From a virus (lineage: Duplodnaviria > Caudoviricetes), in the IMG/VR virus record IMGVR_UViG_3300028585_000060, positions 1 through 26,170 of that record: DNA of 26,170 nt. One strand, given 5' to 3'. This document shows positions 13,038-22,618 of this stretch, piece after piece. Below the pieces are notes generated by a model. That model made no database searches and was not told the DNA's origin. It was given only the letters and a program-made list of their open reading frames with translations. The translations under genes were made by a program, and so were the position numbers. How positions within the stretch are numbered: position 1 is the first letter of the stretch; each line of letters starts with the position of its first letter.

Positions 13038-15622
13038 CAGACGGCACCTTGCTTGAGTTCGAGGACTTCGAGGGTCGAGCCGGCCTTGACGGTCAGCGGG
13101 ATATTATCGACCTCGACGTTCTGGACGTTGAACGAGACCGTGTGCTGGCCAGCAGTCAGGCCCGTCAGATAGACAAAGGGCGTGATCGTCGACTTCGCAT
13201 TACTGTCGCGGTTGTCGAAGATATTGTCCTGCTGCCCGGCCGGGTAAGACACGCTTCCGTCGACCACCACGCTGCAATTGAACTGCAGATCGTCCGTGCT
13301 CCAGAACATGCCGAAGAACGTGACCTTCACCATGCTCGCGGCCTCGTCCTTGGTGAACGTGACGGAGGCGACGGTCGATATGGTGCCGCGAGCAATAGTA
13401 ATGTCGCTGGTCACCGGATCGAACCGCGTCTGTTGAACCGCGGCGCCGACGATATTGCGGGTTTTGACGGTGTTGGCTTCCAGCGTGTCGACGACGATCG
13501 ACTTCAGCTTCCACACCCCGCCTTCGTACGTCATGGCGTTGATCGGATTGCCGCCATTCTCGTCGACGAACAGGAAGCGGGACGCAACGAAGCTCAGTTG
13601 ATTGAAGCCGCCCCCAGCGACGCCCTCGATGCCGACGATCGAACCATCCGATCGCGCAGAGAACAGGAACTTCGACGTTTTGGCGCTTGTGTCGACTTCC
13701 TTGAGGAAGGCCACGAACTGCTGCACGCCGTCGACGTTCGCGCCGATCGCCTCGACGGCGACGCGGACGGGACGGCCATCGGGCATATAGATGACATCGT
13801 CGCTTTCGCCGCGCCAAGTCGCGCTGCGCATGGTCTCGGCCGCGATGGTGTCGACCGCCGACCGGAGGTCACTGACGACCTGCGTCGCCGGGATACCGGT
13901 AAATTCGGCCCATGCAGCGGGCAGATGGTCCTTGGTGACGTCCGCATAGTCCTCCGGCTTGCCCTCGCCGGTGATCGTAGGCCAGTCCGCAGTCATGGCC
14001 GCTTCGTCGATCGCGAGGATCAGCGGGTTATTGCGGCTATCATAGACGATCGGCTCGGCCGGCCGGACGGGCGCGGCGTCATCTGCATCCCATGCGTAGA
14101 TTGCGGCATTCTCCACGGTCAGCGTCATGTTGCAGACGCCGCCCTGACCAAGCTCCTGATCCTTGATCCGGAACAGCGCGCGATCGAAGCCCAGCGCCGC
14201 AAACGTGAACGGTACGACGTCACCAACGCCGTACTTCCACGCACGGATGTCGAACGGCGCGGAGAACTCGCGCGGATACTGCTTGCGCTGCAAAACCTGC
14301 TTGGCGATCCGCTGCGCCTGACTCGGGCTTTCCACCACGCCCAAATCGAGCGGGAAGATGCGGTCCTGCCCGTCGAGGCTGGGCAGGCGGATCTCGGGAT
14401 AGTCGATCAGCTGATAGAGCGAGTTCGTCGTCGCATCGACATACTTGCCCCGCACGACGTTCGGCGTGGCTTCCAGCGCTGCATCCGGATCCCAGGTAAA
14501 GGCGCCGACGACGTCGTCATCGTTAAGCCCCTCCTCGGTCGCGGCTGCGGCAAGATCATTGTGCGCGATGACCAGCGACAGCTTGCCCCCGGTATCCCGG
14601 AAACGGGCGCAGCAGGCGGTGCACAGCATGTCGAGCACCGTCTTGGGATCATCACCCTCGGAAACGACGCCAGCGCCGTGGTAGCGGGGCTCCTGACCGC
14701 CGGCCGACCGGTTGACCAGTTCGTCGGCCAGATTGGCGGCAATGGCGATCGACGTCAGGTTGATCCGCCGCGGCGGGACGCCCGAACCAGTCGCGAGCTT
14801 CAGCGCGCCCGTGCTCGGGTTACGGATACGCCACCCGAGCACGACCCGCAGGATCTGCAACGGCAGGTTTTCGCCGATCGTCACGCCATCGTCGGTCGTG
14901 AACCGCCACGTCGACTGATCATCGGCACGCATCGAGCCGTTGCCACCGGGCACGGTGCTGTCACGGCGCGGATCGTACAGCTTGGCGCCGCGGCCGATCA
15001 CGGTGATGCGGCTGGGCAGGCCGGAGACGAACGGGCTTTCCGCTTTCTTGCTGTTGCCAGTCAGTTTGAAACGCCAGTGCGAATAGGCGCAGCCCGTCAG
15101 GCGCGCGTTCTGGTTCCACTTGCCCGACGGCAGCACGAACGCGTTCGCCGGGCTGCCCTCCAGGACGATATGCGGGACCGAGAAATAGCCGACATATTTG
15201 CCGACGACGCCGGTCGTGCGCGACCATGCCATCGTCGTCTCGAACCAGATCTCGTCGATCGCCTCGCACGCATGGCTCGCATGCAGGACGATCCAGTCGC
15301 AATATTCCTGATCCTTGCCCGACCATTCCTCATACCGCACCTCGACCGGCATGGCGGTTTGACCCAGCACGGTATGCCGGAAGGCGCCCGGGTTGACCGA
15401 GGCGGTGAGGCGGTCGGTCTGCGATGCCACCACCTTCGGCGTTTTCTGCAAGAGGCTGGCGGCAACCGTCAGGCCGCCAGAGACGAGGAACAGCGTGCCG
15501 GTCGAAATGCCCGCGATCGTCAGCGAACCGGCGAGACCGCCAAGGGCTACGGCGCCGACACCGGTCGCGACGAGGGCAACGGCGCCGACGACGAGCGCCG
15601 CTGTTTTGAGGGCCTTTGCCAT
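13037..15622 (-). CDS. Tail tip / host-specificity (central fibre, J-like) protein
   Basis: GAKLYDPR, PNVVRGKYVD, QAQRIAKQVL, GDVV motifs of phage tail tip proteins; hydrophobic N-terminus; synteny. Confidence 0.85.
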   Translation of the reverse strand: MAKALKTAALVVGAVALVATGVGAVALGGLAGSLTIAGISTGTLFLVSGGLTVAASLLQKTPKVVASQTDRLTASVNPGAFRHTVLGQTAMPVEVRYEEWSGKDQEYCDWIVLHASHACEAIDEIWFETTMAWSRTTGVVGKYVGYFSVPHIVLEGSPANAFVLPSGKWNQNARLTGCAYSHWRFKLTGNSKKAESPFVSGLPSRITVIGRGAKLYDPRRDSTVPGGNGSMRADDQSTWRFTTDDGVTIGENLPLQILRVVLGWRIRNPSTGALKLATGSGVPPRRINLTSIAIAANLADELVNRSAGGQEPRYHGAGVVSEGDDPKTVLDMLCTACCARFRDTGGKLSLVIAHNDLAAAATEEGLNDDDVVGAFTWDPDAALEATPNVVRGKYVDATTNSLYQLIDYPEIRLPSLDGQDRIFPLDLGVVESPSQAQRIAKQVLQRKQYPREFSAPFDIRAWKYGVGDVVPFTFAALGFDRALFRIKDQELGQGGVCNMTLTVENAAIYAWDADDAAPVRPAEPIVYDSRNNPLILAIDEAAMTADWPTITGEGKPEDYADVTKDHLPAAWAEFTGIPATQVVSDLRSAVDTIAAETMRSATWRGESDDVIYMPDGRPVRVAVEAIGANVDGVQQFVAFLKEVDTSAKTSKFLFSARSDGSIVGIEGVAGGGFNQLSFVASRFLFVDENGGNPINAMTYEGGVWKLKSIVVDTLEANTVKTRNIVGAAVQQTRFDPVTSDITIARGTISTVASVTFTKDEAASMVKVTFFGMFWSTDDLQFNCSVVVDGSVSYPAGQQDNIFDNRDSNAKSTITPFVYLTGLTAGQHTVSFNVQNVEVDNIPLTVKAGSTLEVLELKQGAV

Positions 15623-15625
15623 CCG

Positions 15626-16048
15626 TCAGACGCCGTACTGGACGCGCCACGCGCGTGGGGCAGCCCACGTAGCGCGATCGATGCGGATCAGGCCCTCGCG
15701 GTCACCCTCGCGGCCGACGGCGATCAGGAAGGCGCCGAAACACACCCCGAGCAGGCCCGACGACATGACGATGTCGCCACGCTGGGCAAGGCTCGCGTCG
15801 ACCGCTTCGAACTTCGCATCGAGCGTCGCCGCCAGATCACCGCGGCCGACGCTGCGCAATGCACGCACGGATCCACGCGCGGTCGAATAGCGGCCGCGGA
15901 ATTCGGGCATGGGATCAATCCCCGTCATTGCCTCGACGGCGCCGGCCGCGAAGGTGCAACAGTCGTGCCGCCCCCAGGCGAAGGCACGCAGCCGCAAGGG
16001 ATCGAGATACGCGGCGAGCCGCGTCTCCCAGTCGGGTTTCCGATACAT
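15626..16048 (-). CDS. NlpC/P60-like tail-associated protein
   Basis: ATG 16048 after GGAG; FAWGRHDCCTFAA...AMTG, AQRGDIV. Confidence 0.82.
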   Translation of the reverse strand: MYRKPDWETRLAAYLDPLRLRAFAWGRHDCCTFAAGAVEAMTGIDPMPEFRGRYSTARGSVRALRSVGRGDLAATLDAKFEAVDASLAQRGDIVMSSGLLGVCFGAFLIAVGREGDREGLIRIDRATWAAPRAWRVQYGV

Positions 16049-16058
16049 GATTGCTCCG

Positions 16059-16646
16059 TCAGCTGCGCTTGGAGGCGCCGTTGGCAATGGCGATGGCGAG
16101 CGCGGCCGACTGGTCGCCCGGATCGTAGCTTTGCTGGTCGAGATAGGTGCGGTTCGAGGCCTGCCCAAAGAAGGCGAGGTAGGACTCGACGGACATGTTG
16201 ATGACCTGCCCGGTCCGGTCGCCGTTGATCTTCGGCACCGACATATACCCGGTGTAGAAACTCCAGATCGCGCCGATCCGCGTCATGTCGTGCGGATCGA
16301 GCATCGCCCGCCACAACCGGCAATCGCGGCCCGCCCAGTTCGATCTGTCGCCGATCTGGGTCATCAATTCGTCGTCGACGCCGGCGAGACCGGACAACTG
16401 CAACGTCAGCGTATCGGTGCCGCCCTCGCGCGCCTTCACCGGCCCGACAGAGACAACACGCGGATCGACGGCATCGAACGTGAAACCGTCGAGATCCTCG
16501 TCGCCGGTACCGGCGAACGTGAAGCTGTAGGGCGCGTTCGTGACGCGGATCGGCTCGCCCTTAAGATCGAGGAAAGCGAACGTCACCGGCCGGCGGACGG
16601 AAGCAGCGAGCGCCGCTTGCGCCGCGCTGTCGGGGCGGCTGTCCAT
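16059..16646 (-). CDS. Minor tail / baseplate hub-like protein
   Basis: TGATG coupling at 16646; synteny between distal tail and NlpC genes; RTY...QQSYDPGD ending. Confidence 0.72.
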   Translation of the reverse strand: MDSRPDSAAQAALAASVRRPVTFAFLDLKGEPIRVTNAPYSFTFAGTGDEDLDGFTFDAVDPRVVSVGPVKAREGGTDTLTLQLSGLAGVDDELMTQIGDRSNWAGRDCRLWRAMLDPHDMTRIGAIWSFYTGYMSVPKINGDRTGQVINMSVESYLAFFGQASNRTYLDQQSYDPGDQSAALAIAIANGASKRS

Positions 16647-17236
16647 CAGAAGGCCTCCTCGCACTTGAACGTTACGGCGTAGTTCTGACCGATGCCGACT
16701 TTCCAGCCGTTGCGTGGATCCGTCATCACCATGACGGCGTAGGGCCGGGTGACCTCGACCGCAGCGTTGTTCGCAGGCGAGAACCGAAGATACGGTTTGA
16801 ACGTCAGGACCGCGGTGCCGCTGCCGTCCGCGACGACATCGGCCTGAAGCATCAGCAGCTGATCGTTCACGGTGAAGAACTGGCCGCGGCGAAGCTTCCG
16901 CCCGACTGCGCCCCAGCCTTGCGTGACGAGCTGATGCGCGTATTGCCCGGCGCCCTTCACCGTGACCGCGACACCCGTGATCTGGGGACGTTCGCAGGCG
17001 ATCACGCGGAAGCTGTTGGCGATGCCATCGCAGTCGACCACGAACGCCCGCCAGTCATAGACGCGCGCCTCGCCGATGATGGGCGGCAGGGTGACCTCGG
17101 CGTACCAGCGCGGCGCCTGCGCCAGCAACGTGGCGCGGCGCCGGCCGGTGAACTCGCCGCGATTCGCTTGGCCGGGCTGATCGATGTCCCATGCGATATT
17201 TGCCGCCACCGGGGCGGCAGGCATGCTGATCAGCAT
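16646..17236 (-). CDS. Distal tail protein-like
   Basis: Immediately follows tape measure with TGATG coupling; PRW...TLPP, DGIANSF, F.P.LR, ends EEAF. Confidence 0.72.
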   Translation of the reverse strand: MLISMPAAPVAANIAWDIDQPGQANRGEFTGRRRATLLAQAPRWYAEVTLPPIIGEARVYDWRAFVVDCDGIANSFRVIACERPQITGVAVTVKGAGQYAHQLVTQGWGAVGRKLRRGQFFTVNDQLLMLQADVVADGSGTAVLTFKPYLRFSPANNAAVEVTRPYAVMVMTDPRNGWKVGIGQNYAVTFKCEEAF

Positions 17237-20200
17237 CAGATGGGCGCTCCAGGCAGATCGGGACGGTTGAGGCGGCGGATCGTGCGATTTTCCGATCCGG
17301 CCATGATCGGCTCCGCTGCCGCACTGACGGTGCGGAAAGAGACGTTCTCCATCCGCGCGTCGAATTCGGCCGTGGGGCTGATCCTGATGTTCCCGTCGAC
17401 GAGCAGCATGTCCCGCCGACGATTGCTGCCGTTGACCGCGTCGGGCAGGCGAGGGGACCGCAGGCTGGGCAGGTTCGGCCCGCTAAGCGAGCCGCCCGTG
17501 GCATATCCCGGCAAACGACCGGAATTGATCGCGTGCAACAGCGGCAGGTTCCGCTTGGTCGCGGCCGCGTTGACGATGAACTCGTCGGTCGACACGCGGA
17601 TAGGACCGCGCTCATTGCCGAGGATGGCAAGGATGCTGTCCGACGTGCCGGTGCCCGGCCCCTGAATGAGGCCTCCGGGAGAACCGCCCTCGGCAAAGCC
17701 GGGTGCGTCACCGATCTGCCCGCCCCCGGCGAAGCCGAAGCCCCCGCCGATCGCCGCGACGATCGCCTTTTGCACCGCGAGGCGGGCGAGATCGGCCACG
17801 ATACTGCCGACGACCTCGCCTGCGACACCCTTCAGATGCAGCAGGTTCGTGACCGCACTGGCGGTTGCCCGCGAACCGGCATCCTCCAGCGCGTCGAAAC
17901 CACGCACCGCGGCATCCTCGACGCCGCGGCCCATGTCGTCGGTCGCCGAACGAAGCCGCTGCTGATACTGATCGAGCGGCCCGGCGTTGGCGCGATCGGC
18001 CTGCTTCTGCTCGCCGTTCTCGATCGTCGGCAGACGCTTCAGATCGTCGATCGCGGACTGCACCTGCACCGGATCCTGCGAGGTATCGCGCAGCCGTTCC
18101 AATGCCCTGCGCCGGATGGCCTGCTCGGTTTCGAGGATCTGCTGCGATACGGTCCGCCGCTCGCTTTCGGTCGTCGCCAAGCCTTCGGTGATGCGCAGCA
18201 GCGTCAGTTTGCCTTGAAGATCGGCCTGCTCGGCATCGTAGCGCTGCTCGATCGCGCGGGTTGCCCGCTCGGTCAGCAAATTGGCCAGGCGCTGCGTCTC
18301 GGTCGCATTGTTGAGTGCGGTCAGATGCTCCGCCTGCGCGGCGTTGATCTTGCCGGCACTTAGATCGTTGGCGATGACGCGGCGATTGGCGGTTGCCTCG
18401 GCTGCGATGTCCTCGGCGAGCAGGTTTTCGCGCTGCTGCTCGGTCGCGGCCGTTTTCCGGGTTGCCTCGATCAGCTTGCGCCGTGCCTGCCGTTCGTCGT
18501 TCGTATAGGCGCTGTCGTCGGTCAGCACCTTCTGGCGCGCGCTTTCCTGCTGCCGGGCGACTTGCGTACCCGATGGCCCGGCCTTGCCGAACGCGACGTG
18601 GAACACACGCTGCGCGGGTTCGTCGAGGATCTGGCGGAGCGACACGCCCTGCTTGCGGAACGCCTCGCGCAGGCTGGCGATGCTGATACCCGGACCATAA
18701 GCGACATCGACCGCCTGACCGCGCTCGTGCGCACTGGTACCGGGTTTTGCGACCGGACCATCATGCCGGCCAGCAAGCTTGTCGGCATAGATCCGTTCCT
18801 GATCGGCACGGCTGCGCACGCCGCTGGTCACGCGCCCGCCGATCGACGCGACGATCGTGCGCGCTTCGTCGACGTTGATGGTGCGACCCAGTTGGTTGTT
18901 GTTCGGGGTACGCCTCGATGCGCTCTCACGCGCCTGCGCCGCATCAACCGCCGTTTTCTTCTCTGCCTCCAGCTGCTGAAGCCGCAGCTTGGACTCTGCG
19001 CCGACCTGCCGACCGTGGCGGGCTTCCTCGCGCTGTAGATCCTTCAGCGCCTTGATCCGGTCATCGTAGAGCTTGTTGACGCGGCGAACCGGATCGATCG
19101 AGATCGCCGCCTGTTCGGCCGCAAGATCCACGCGGGTGACGTTCAACTGGCGTTCGGCCTCGGTCACGGCCTTGTCCGCAGCGACGCTCTGCCGGCGCAA
19201 CTCGACGACACGCGCGGCCTCTGCCGCCTGCTGGATCGATACCGAAGATGTGCCGCCCGTCGTGATGCTGAAGCCGTCGCGCGCGGCGATGGCGTCCGCG
19301 AGGCGCGCGGCGGTCGTTTGCCTGATCGCCAGCGCCTCGTCGCGCTTCGCGCGTGCGGCGATGTTCGCGCGTTCGGCCGACGAGCGTTCGTTCGCCGCGG
19401 TATCGCGCAGCGCCTTGTCGGACTCTTTCAGCGCGGCAGTCAGGCCGTCCACCGATTCGGCGAAACGCTTCTTCGCGCGCGCCGTGATCTCGCTCTCCGC
19501 GGCGTCCTCTTTCAGCTTCTCGACCGCCTTGTCAGTCGCATCGCCAAATTCGAACATGCCCTTGGTGAGCGGCCCGAGCACAAGCAGCGCGGCCGTGAGG
19601 GCGAGGCCATAAGGCCCGATCATGAAGCGGGCGAAGCTGCCCGCCTTGCCTTCGATGTTGGCGAACTGACCGGCCAGCTGCCCGCCCTGGATGGCAACGA
19701 CCGACAGGACGTTGGCACCCATGCTCAACTGGGTGAAGGTGTCCTGCACCTGATAGGACGCGCCTTGCATGGCCGACCGCAGCGCACCCGCGCTGTTCGA
19801 TGCGCCGCGCTGACGGGTGGCGAGCAGTTGCGCCCCGGCGCCCGCCTGGTTCAACTCGATTTCAACGCGCTCGAGCGCGCCGGCCTCGCGCGCCAGTTCG
19901 GTCGCGTGATGATCGGCTTCGAGCGCCGCAGCACGCGCGGCCTGCACGTAAAGCCGCGTCCGCTCGGTCAGTTCGCCTTGGCCGACCGACGCACGCTCCG
20001 CGGCCTCCGCGACGAGCCGGGTCGCGAGTGCCTGCCGCTGCGCATTGTCCGCGGCTGCACGGGCATCGGCCGCACCGATGTTGACGCTGCCGCGAACCGT
20101 CGGCGCCTCGATCGCCTTTGCGGCCAGCTTCTGGATGTCGTTGAAGCTTTCCTCGAACGCACGCTGCGCGCGGTTCGCCGACTCCTCCGCCAGCTTCGCA

Positions 20201-20373
20201 AACGGTCCGAACCGCTTGCCCATGTCATTGACCGAACGGTCGACATTGTCCGCCATCTTGGCGGCGCGCTGTTCGAATTTGGCAAGCGGCTGTTCGCCCT
20301 CGGCGAGGTGACGCCGCAACAGTTCGGTCGCAGCGTCCACCTGAAGGAGGAGCCGTTCGGTATTGTCCGCCAT
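17236..20373 (-). CDS. Tail tape measure protein with internal M15-like peptidase domain
   Basis: 1045 aa, Ala-rich helical; YQVQDTFTQL...QQ/QG-type segment; FAEGG...GPGTGTSDSI...EFIVNA C-terminal motif; TSAHERGQAVD. Confidence 0.92.
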   Translation of the reverse strand: MADNTERLLLQVDAATELLRRHLAEGEQPLAKFEQRAAKMADNVDRSVNDMGKRFGPFAKLAEESANRAQRAFEESFNDIQKLAAKAIEAPTVRGSVNIGAADARAAADNAQRQALATRLVAEAAERASVGQGELTERTRLYVQAARAAALEADHHATELAREAGALERVEIELNQAGAGAQLLATRQRGASNSAGALRSAMQGASYQVQDTFTQLSMGANVLSVVAIQGGQLAGQFANIEGKAGSFARFMIGPYGLALTAALLVLGPLTKGMFEFGDATDKAVEKLKEDAAESEITARAKKRFAESVDGLTAALKESDKALRDTAANERSSAERANIAARAKRDEALAIRQTTAARLADAIAARDGFSITTGGTSSVSIQQAAEAARVVELRRQSVAADKAVTEAERQLNVTRVDLAAEQAAISIDPVRRVNKLYDDRIKALKDLQREEARHGRQVGAESKLRLQQLEAEKKTAVDAAQARESASRRTPNNNQLGRTINVDEARTIVASIGGRVTSGVRSRADQERIYADKLAGRHDGPVAKPGTSAHERGQAVDVAYGPGISIASLREAFRKQGVSLRQILDEPAQRVFHVAFGKAGPSGTQVARQQESARQKVLTDDSAYTNDERQARRKLIEATRKTAATEQQRENLLAEDIAAEATANRRVIANDLSAGKINAAQAEHLTALNNATETQRLANLLTERATRAIEQRYDAEQADLQGKLTLLRITEGLATTESERRTVSQQILETEQAIRRRALERLRDTSQDPVQVQSAIDDLKRLPTIENGEQKQADRANAGPLDQYQQRLRSATDDMGRGVEDAAVRGFDALEDAGSRATASAVTNLLHLKGVAGEVVGSIVADLARLAVQKAIVAAIGGGFGFAGGGQIGDAPGFAEGGSPGGLIQGPGTGTSDSILAILGNERGPIRVSTDEFIVNAAATKRNLPLLHAINSGRLPGYATGGSLSGPNLPSLRSPRLPDAVNGSNRRRDMLLVDGNIRISPTAEFDARMENVSFRTVSAAAEPIMAGSENRTIRRLNRPDLPGAPI

Positions 20374-20375
20374 GG

Positions 20376-20561
20376 CTACCCTTCTTCGTCGGGCACGCGG
20401 TTCATCCGCTCGTACCCATTCATTGCGTCCCAGAACTCGGGCGGGGTCGCCGCCCAGAATTCACGCGGCCGCCACCCGAGGGCAGCGGACGCGGCGCCCA
20501 TCAGCCGCCGGCGGGGGCTTCGTCGGTCGTCGTCGTCGTCGCCAGCGGCTTCAGGTTTCCC
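20376..20561 (-). CDS. Tail assembly chaperone C-terminal extension (gpT-like), reached by -1 frameshift or from coupled ATG at 20501
   Basis: ALGWRPREFWAATPPEF motif; slippery GGGAAAC at 20555-20561; TGATG overlap at 20499-20503. Confidence 0.75.
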   Translation of the reverse strand, partial: GKPEAAGDDDDDRRSPRRRLMGAASAALGWRPREFWAATPPEFWDAMNGYERMNRVPDEEG

Positions 20562-20926
20562 TCGGTGTCGTACCCGCCGTTGACCGCGATCGCGAGGACG
20601 CCCCCGACCGTCTTCATGGCTTCGAGCAACCCGCCGTCGCTCGCCATGATCAGCTTGGTCACACGCGGGGCATTCGAGCGAGCGGCACCGTCGTTCTCGG
20701 TCTCGCGGCCGAATGCGCGGATAAGTTCGCATGCGATCTGCCCCGTTTCCGCCATCGAGAGTTCCTTGCGGATCGCGGCGCCGGCAAGATCGACGAGGCC
20801 ACGCGCCAGCGTCTTCTCGATGGCGTCGAGCGCCTCGAACGACGGTCGCAGCCCCATCACCGTACCGTCGAGCACAAGCGATGCTTCGCCCCGGTCGCTG
20901 ACCGGGGCACGGTTGCCGTCACTCAC
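20501..20926 (-). CDS. Tail assembly chaperone (gpG-like, GTA-gp10-like)
   Basis: RGEASLVLDG...LRPSFEALDAIE; position upstream of tape measure. Confidence 0.82.
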   Translation of the reverse strand: MSDGNRAPVSDRGEASLVLDGTVMGLRPSFEALDAIEKTLARGLVDLAGAAIRKELSMAETGQIACELIRAFGRETENDGAARSNAPRVTKLIMASDGGLLEAMKTVGGVLAIAVNGGYDTEGNLKPLATTTTTDEAPAGG

Positions 20927-21210
20927 TCGGTTTCGCCGCCCGCGGGAGCGGCGTCGTCGACGGGTGCCGCGTACAGCTGCCGGATGGCATCGATCGCGGC
21001 AGGATCGGCTGCGATGGCGCGTGGCAATTCCGGCCCCGGCAACACGCCGTCTTCCAGGAAGGGCCGCAGCGCGCGTGCGGCCCGATCGGGGCCGGCGCTC
21101 AACAGCAACTCGATCTCCTTCTCACCGCAGCCGGTCGCGGCGATGAGTTGCTTGTCGAGATCGGTCGGGCGGCTGGTCTTGCGGTTCTTGCCCGCCAGTT
21201 TGATCGTCAT
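20923..21210 (-). CDS. Hypothetical phage protein between tail tube and chaperone
   Basis: GAGGA RBS, phage-like codon usage, GTGA overlap with next gene. Confidence 0.7.
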   Translation of the reverse strand: MTIKLAGKNRKTSRPTDLDKQLIAATGCGEKEIELLLSAGPDRAARALRPFLEDGVLPGPELPRAIAADPAAIDAIRQLYAAPVDDAAPAGGETE

Positions 21211-21260
21211 CGGTGTTTCCTCGGGTTGAAAGGCGACAGGGGAGGGCGGTCAGGCGCCGA

Positions 21261-21686
21261 TCAGGTTAGCGCGTCGACCGTGGGGGCTTCGGCGAGCGTC
21301 AGGGTGACACCGACGGTCACGCTCGTGCCCTGATTGAAGCTCGTGTCGTCGAGGCCGGTGTACATGACCGCTTCGAACACGACGTCGCCCGTCGCGAACG
21401 GCTTCTTGCGGATCTGGTACATCTCGGTGCCGTTGGCTTTGTCGAGCGTCTCCATCCGGGTGTAGCCGGTCGGATCGGGCAGCGACGGGATCATGTCCTG
21501 CTTGAGCGTCAGCGTCCGGAGGCCCGGCTGCTGCGTGTCATAGCCCTCGGTGTCCTTCGTCGCGTTCGACGAGAAGTTCTTGCCGCCATTGCGGGTCAGG
21601 TTGCCCTGCCCGGCCGGCTGACTGAACGTGGTGCCATCGGCTGCGCGAACGAACAGTCGATAATCATTGCCGAGTTTCTTCGCCAT
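21261..21686 (-). CDS. Tail tube (major tail) protein
   Basis: ATG 21686 after GGGAGA; MAKKLGNDYRLFV...ATKD...PGLR; follows tail terminator. Confidence 0.82.
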   Translation of the reverse strand: MAKKLGNDYRLFVRAADGTTFSQPAGQGNLTRNGGKNFSSNATKDTEGYDTQQPGLRTLTLKQDMIPSLPDPTGYTRMETLDKANGTEMYQIRKKPFATGDVVFEAVMYTGLDDTSFNQGTSVTVGVTLTLAEAPTVDALT

Positions 21687-21703
21687 GCGTCTTCTCCCAT
21701 ATG

Positions 21704-21729
21704 AAAAGCCGCGCTGGCGAGAGCGCGGC
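21704..21729 (-). terminator. Intrinsic-terminator-like hairpin inside the late operon
   Basis: Minus strand gccgcgct-ctcgcc-agcgcggc followed by TTTT. Confidence 0.55.
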
Positions 21730-21753
21730 GGGCTGTTGGAAAGCTGTGAGCGC

Positions 21754-22143
21754 TCAGTCTGCGAGCGCGAGAAACGTGAAGGACGACAGGCCTGAATACG
21801 TGCTGCCGTCATCGGCGAGCACCGCCTCGTCGTCGTCGAACGAACCCGACAGCGTCCAGCCATCGGCCTCGAAGGTGACGCCATCGAGTGCCCCCTCGAT
21901 CTCGTCCATCAGCGCGAGCAACGGCGCGCGCTCCTGCGCCTCGATCAGCGTGACGATCGCGACGGTCACCGAACGATCCGGCGATGCCGCCTTGCCGGCG
22001 AGACGCGCACTGCGCATGTCACCGATGACGACGATCGGCAGCGGGGCATTGTCCGGTGCATCCTGATACACCGTCGCGTTGCTGACGGCTTCGGCCAGGG
22101 CGCGAAAGACCGCCGCCTCGACCACGGATTTTGCATCACTCAT
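21754..22143 (-). CDS. Tail terminator / completion protein (DUF3168-like)
   Basis: VYQDAPDNAPLPIVVIGD; synteny. Confidence 0.8.
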   Translation of the reverse strand: MSDAKSVVEAAVFRALAEAVSNATVYQDAPDNAPLPIVVIGDMRSARLAGKAASPDRSVTVAIVTLIEAQERAPLLALMDEIEGALDGVTFEADGWTLSGSFDDDEAVLADDGSTYSGLSSFTFLALAD

Positions 22144-22618
22144 CGCCACCACCTGCTGCGTTTGCCAGCGCGCGACCGAAGATCCCGCGCAGGTTCTGAT
22201 TGAGCGTGCGGCGCAGTTCCGGGAAACGGCCCGTCACGAACCGCTTCCCCTCGCTGCCGCGCACCTTCATCCGGTACCGTTTGGTCAGTTTCGAGCTGGC
22301 CCGGCGCAAGCGACGCTGCACGAGCACGACCTGCGCCTTGCGCCCAAGATCCTGAATACGCCCGTAGAATAGCGGATCGGCGCCGCGGCGCGTCTGAAGC
22401 AGACCGACCTGAAGGCGCAGCGTCCGCGGAAACACTTTGTACGACTCGCCAGCGACGAGCCGCCCCGACTTGCGCGGCGTGCGTGCCGCCATCACCGCGG
22501 CGATCTGCCGGCCGGTGACGTTCAGTTCGACTATGATCTCGCCGCGGACCGTATCAGGCAGCTTCTTCAGCAGTCGCCGCGTGCGGATCAGGCCGCGGAT
22601 GTTCGGACGGCGTGCCAT
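22136..22618 (-). CDS. HK97 gp10-like tail completion protein
   Basis: Basic protein; TPRKSGRL, FYGRIQDLG; synteny. Confidence 0.8.
   Translation of the reverse strand: MARRPNIRGLIRTRRLLKKLPDTVRGEIIVELNVTGRQIAAVMAARTPRKSGRLVAGESYKVFPRTLRLQVGLLQTRRGADPLFYGRIQDLGRKAQVVLVQRRLRRASSKLTKRYRMKVRGSEGKRFVTGRFPELRRTLNQNLRGIFGRALANAAGGGDE

Noticed and set aside
5609-15622. Diversity-generating retroelement or invertible tail-fibre switch
   Set aside because: No reverse transcriptase or invertase, and no TR/VR pair with adenine-specific mismatches noticed; the only duplication seen is the 5' leader at 7895-8097.
13049-16201. 1050-aa plus-strand ORF, and similar long ones at 11410, 19318, 22866 and 24070
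   Set aside because: Antisense shadows of GC-rich genes with clear phage motifs on the minus strand; no recognisable domains.
20521-20541. (gtc)n microsatellite as a phase-variation tract
   Set aside because: Triplet unit encoding poly-Thr/poly-Asp in the chaperone overlap; length change would not shift frame.
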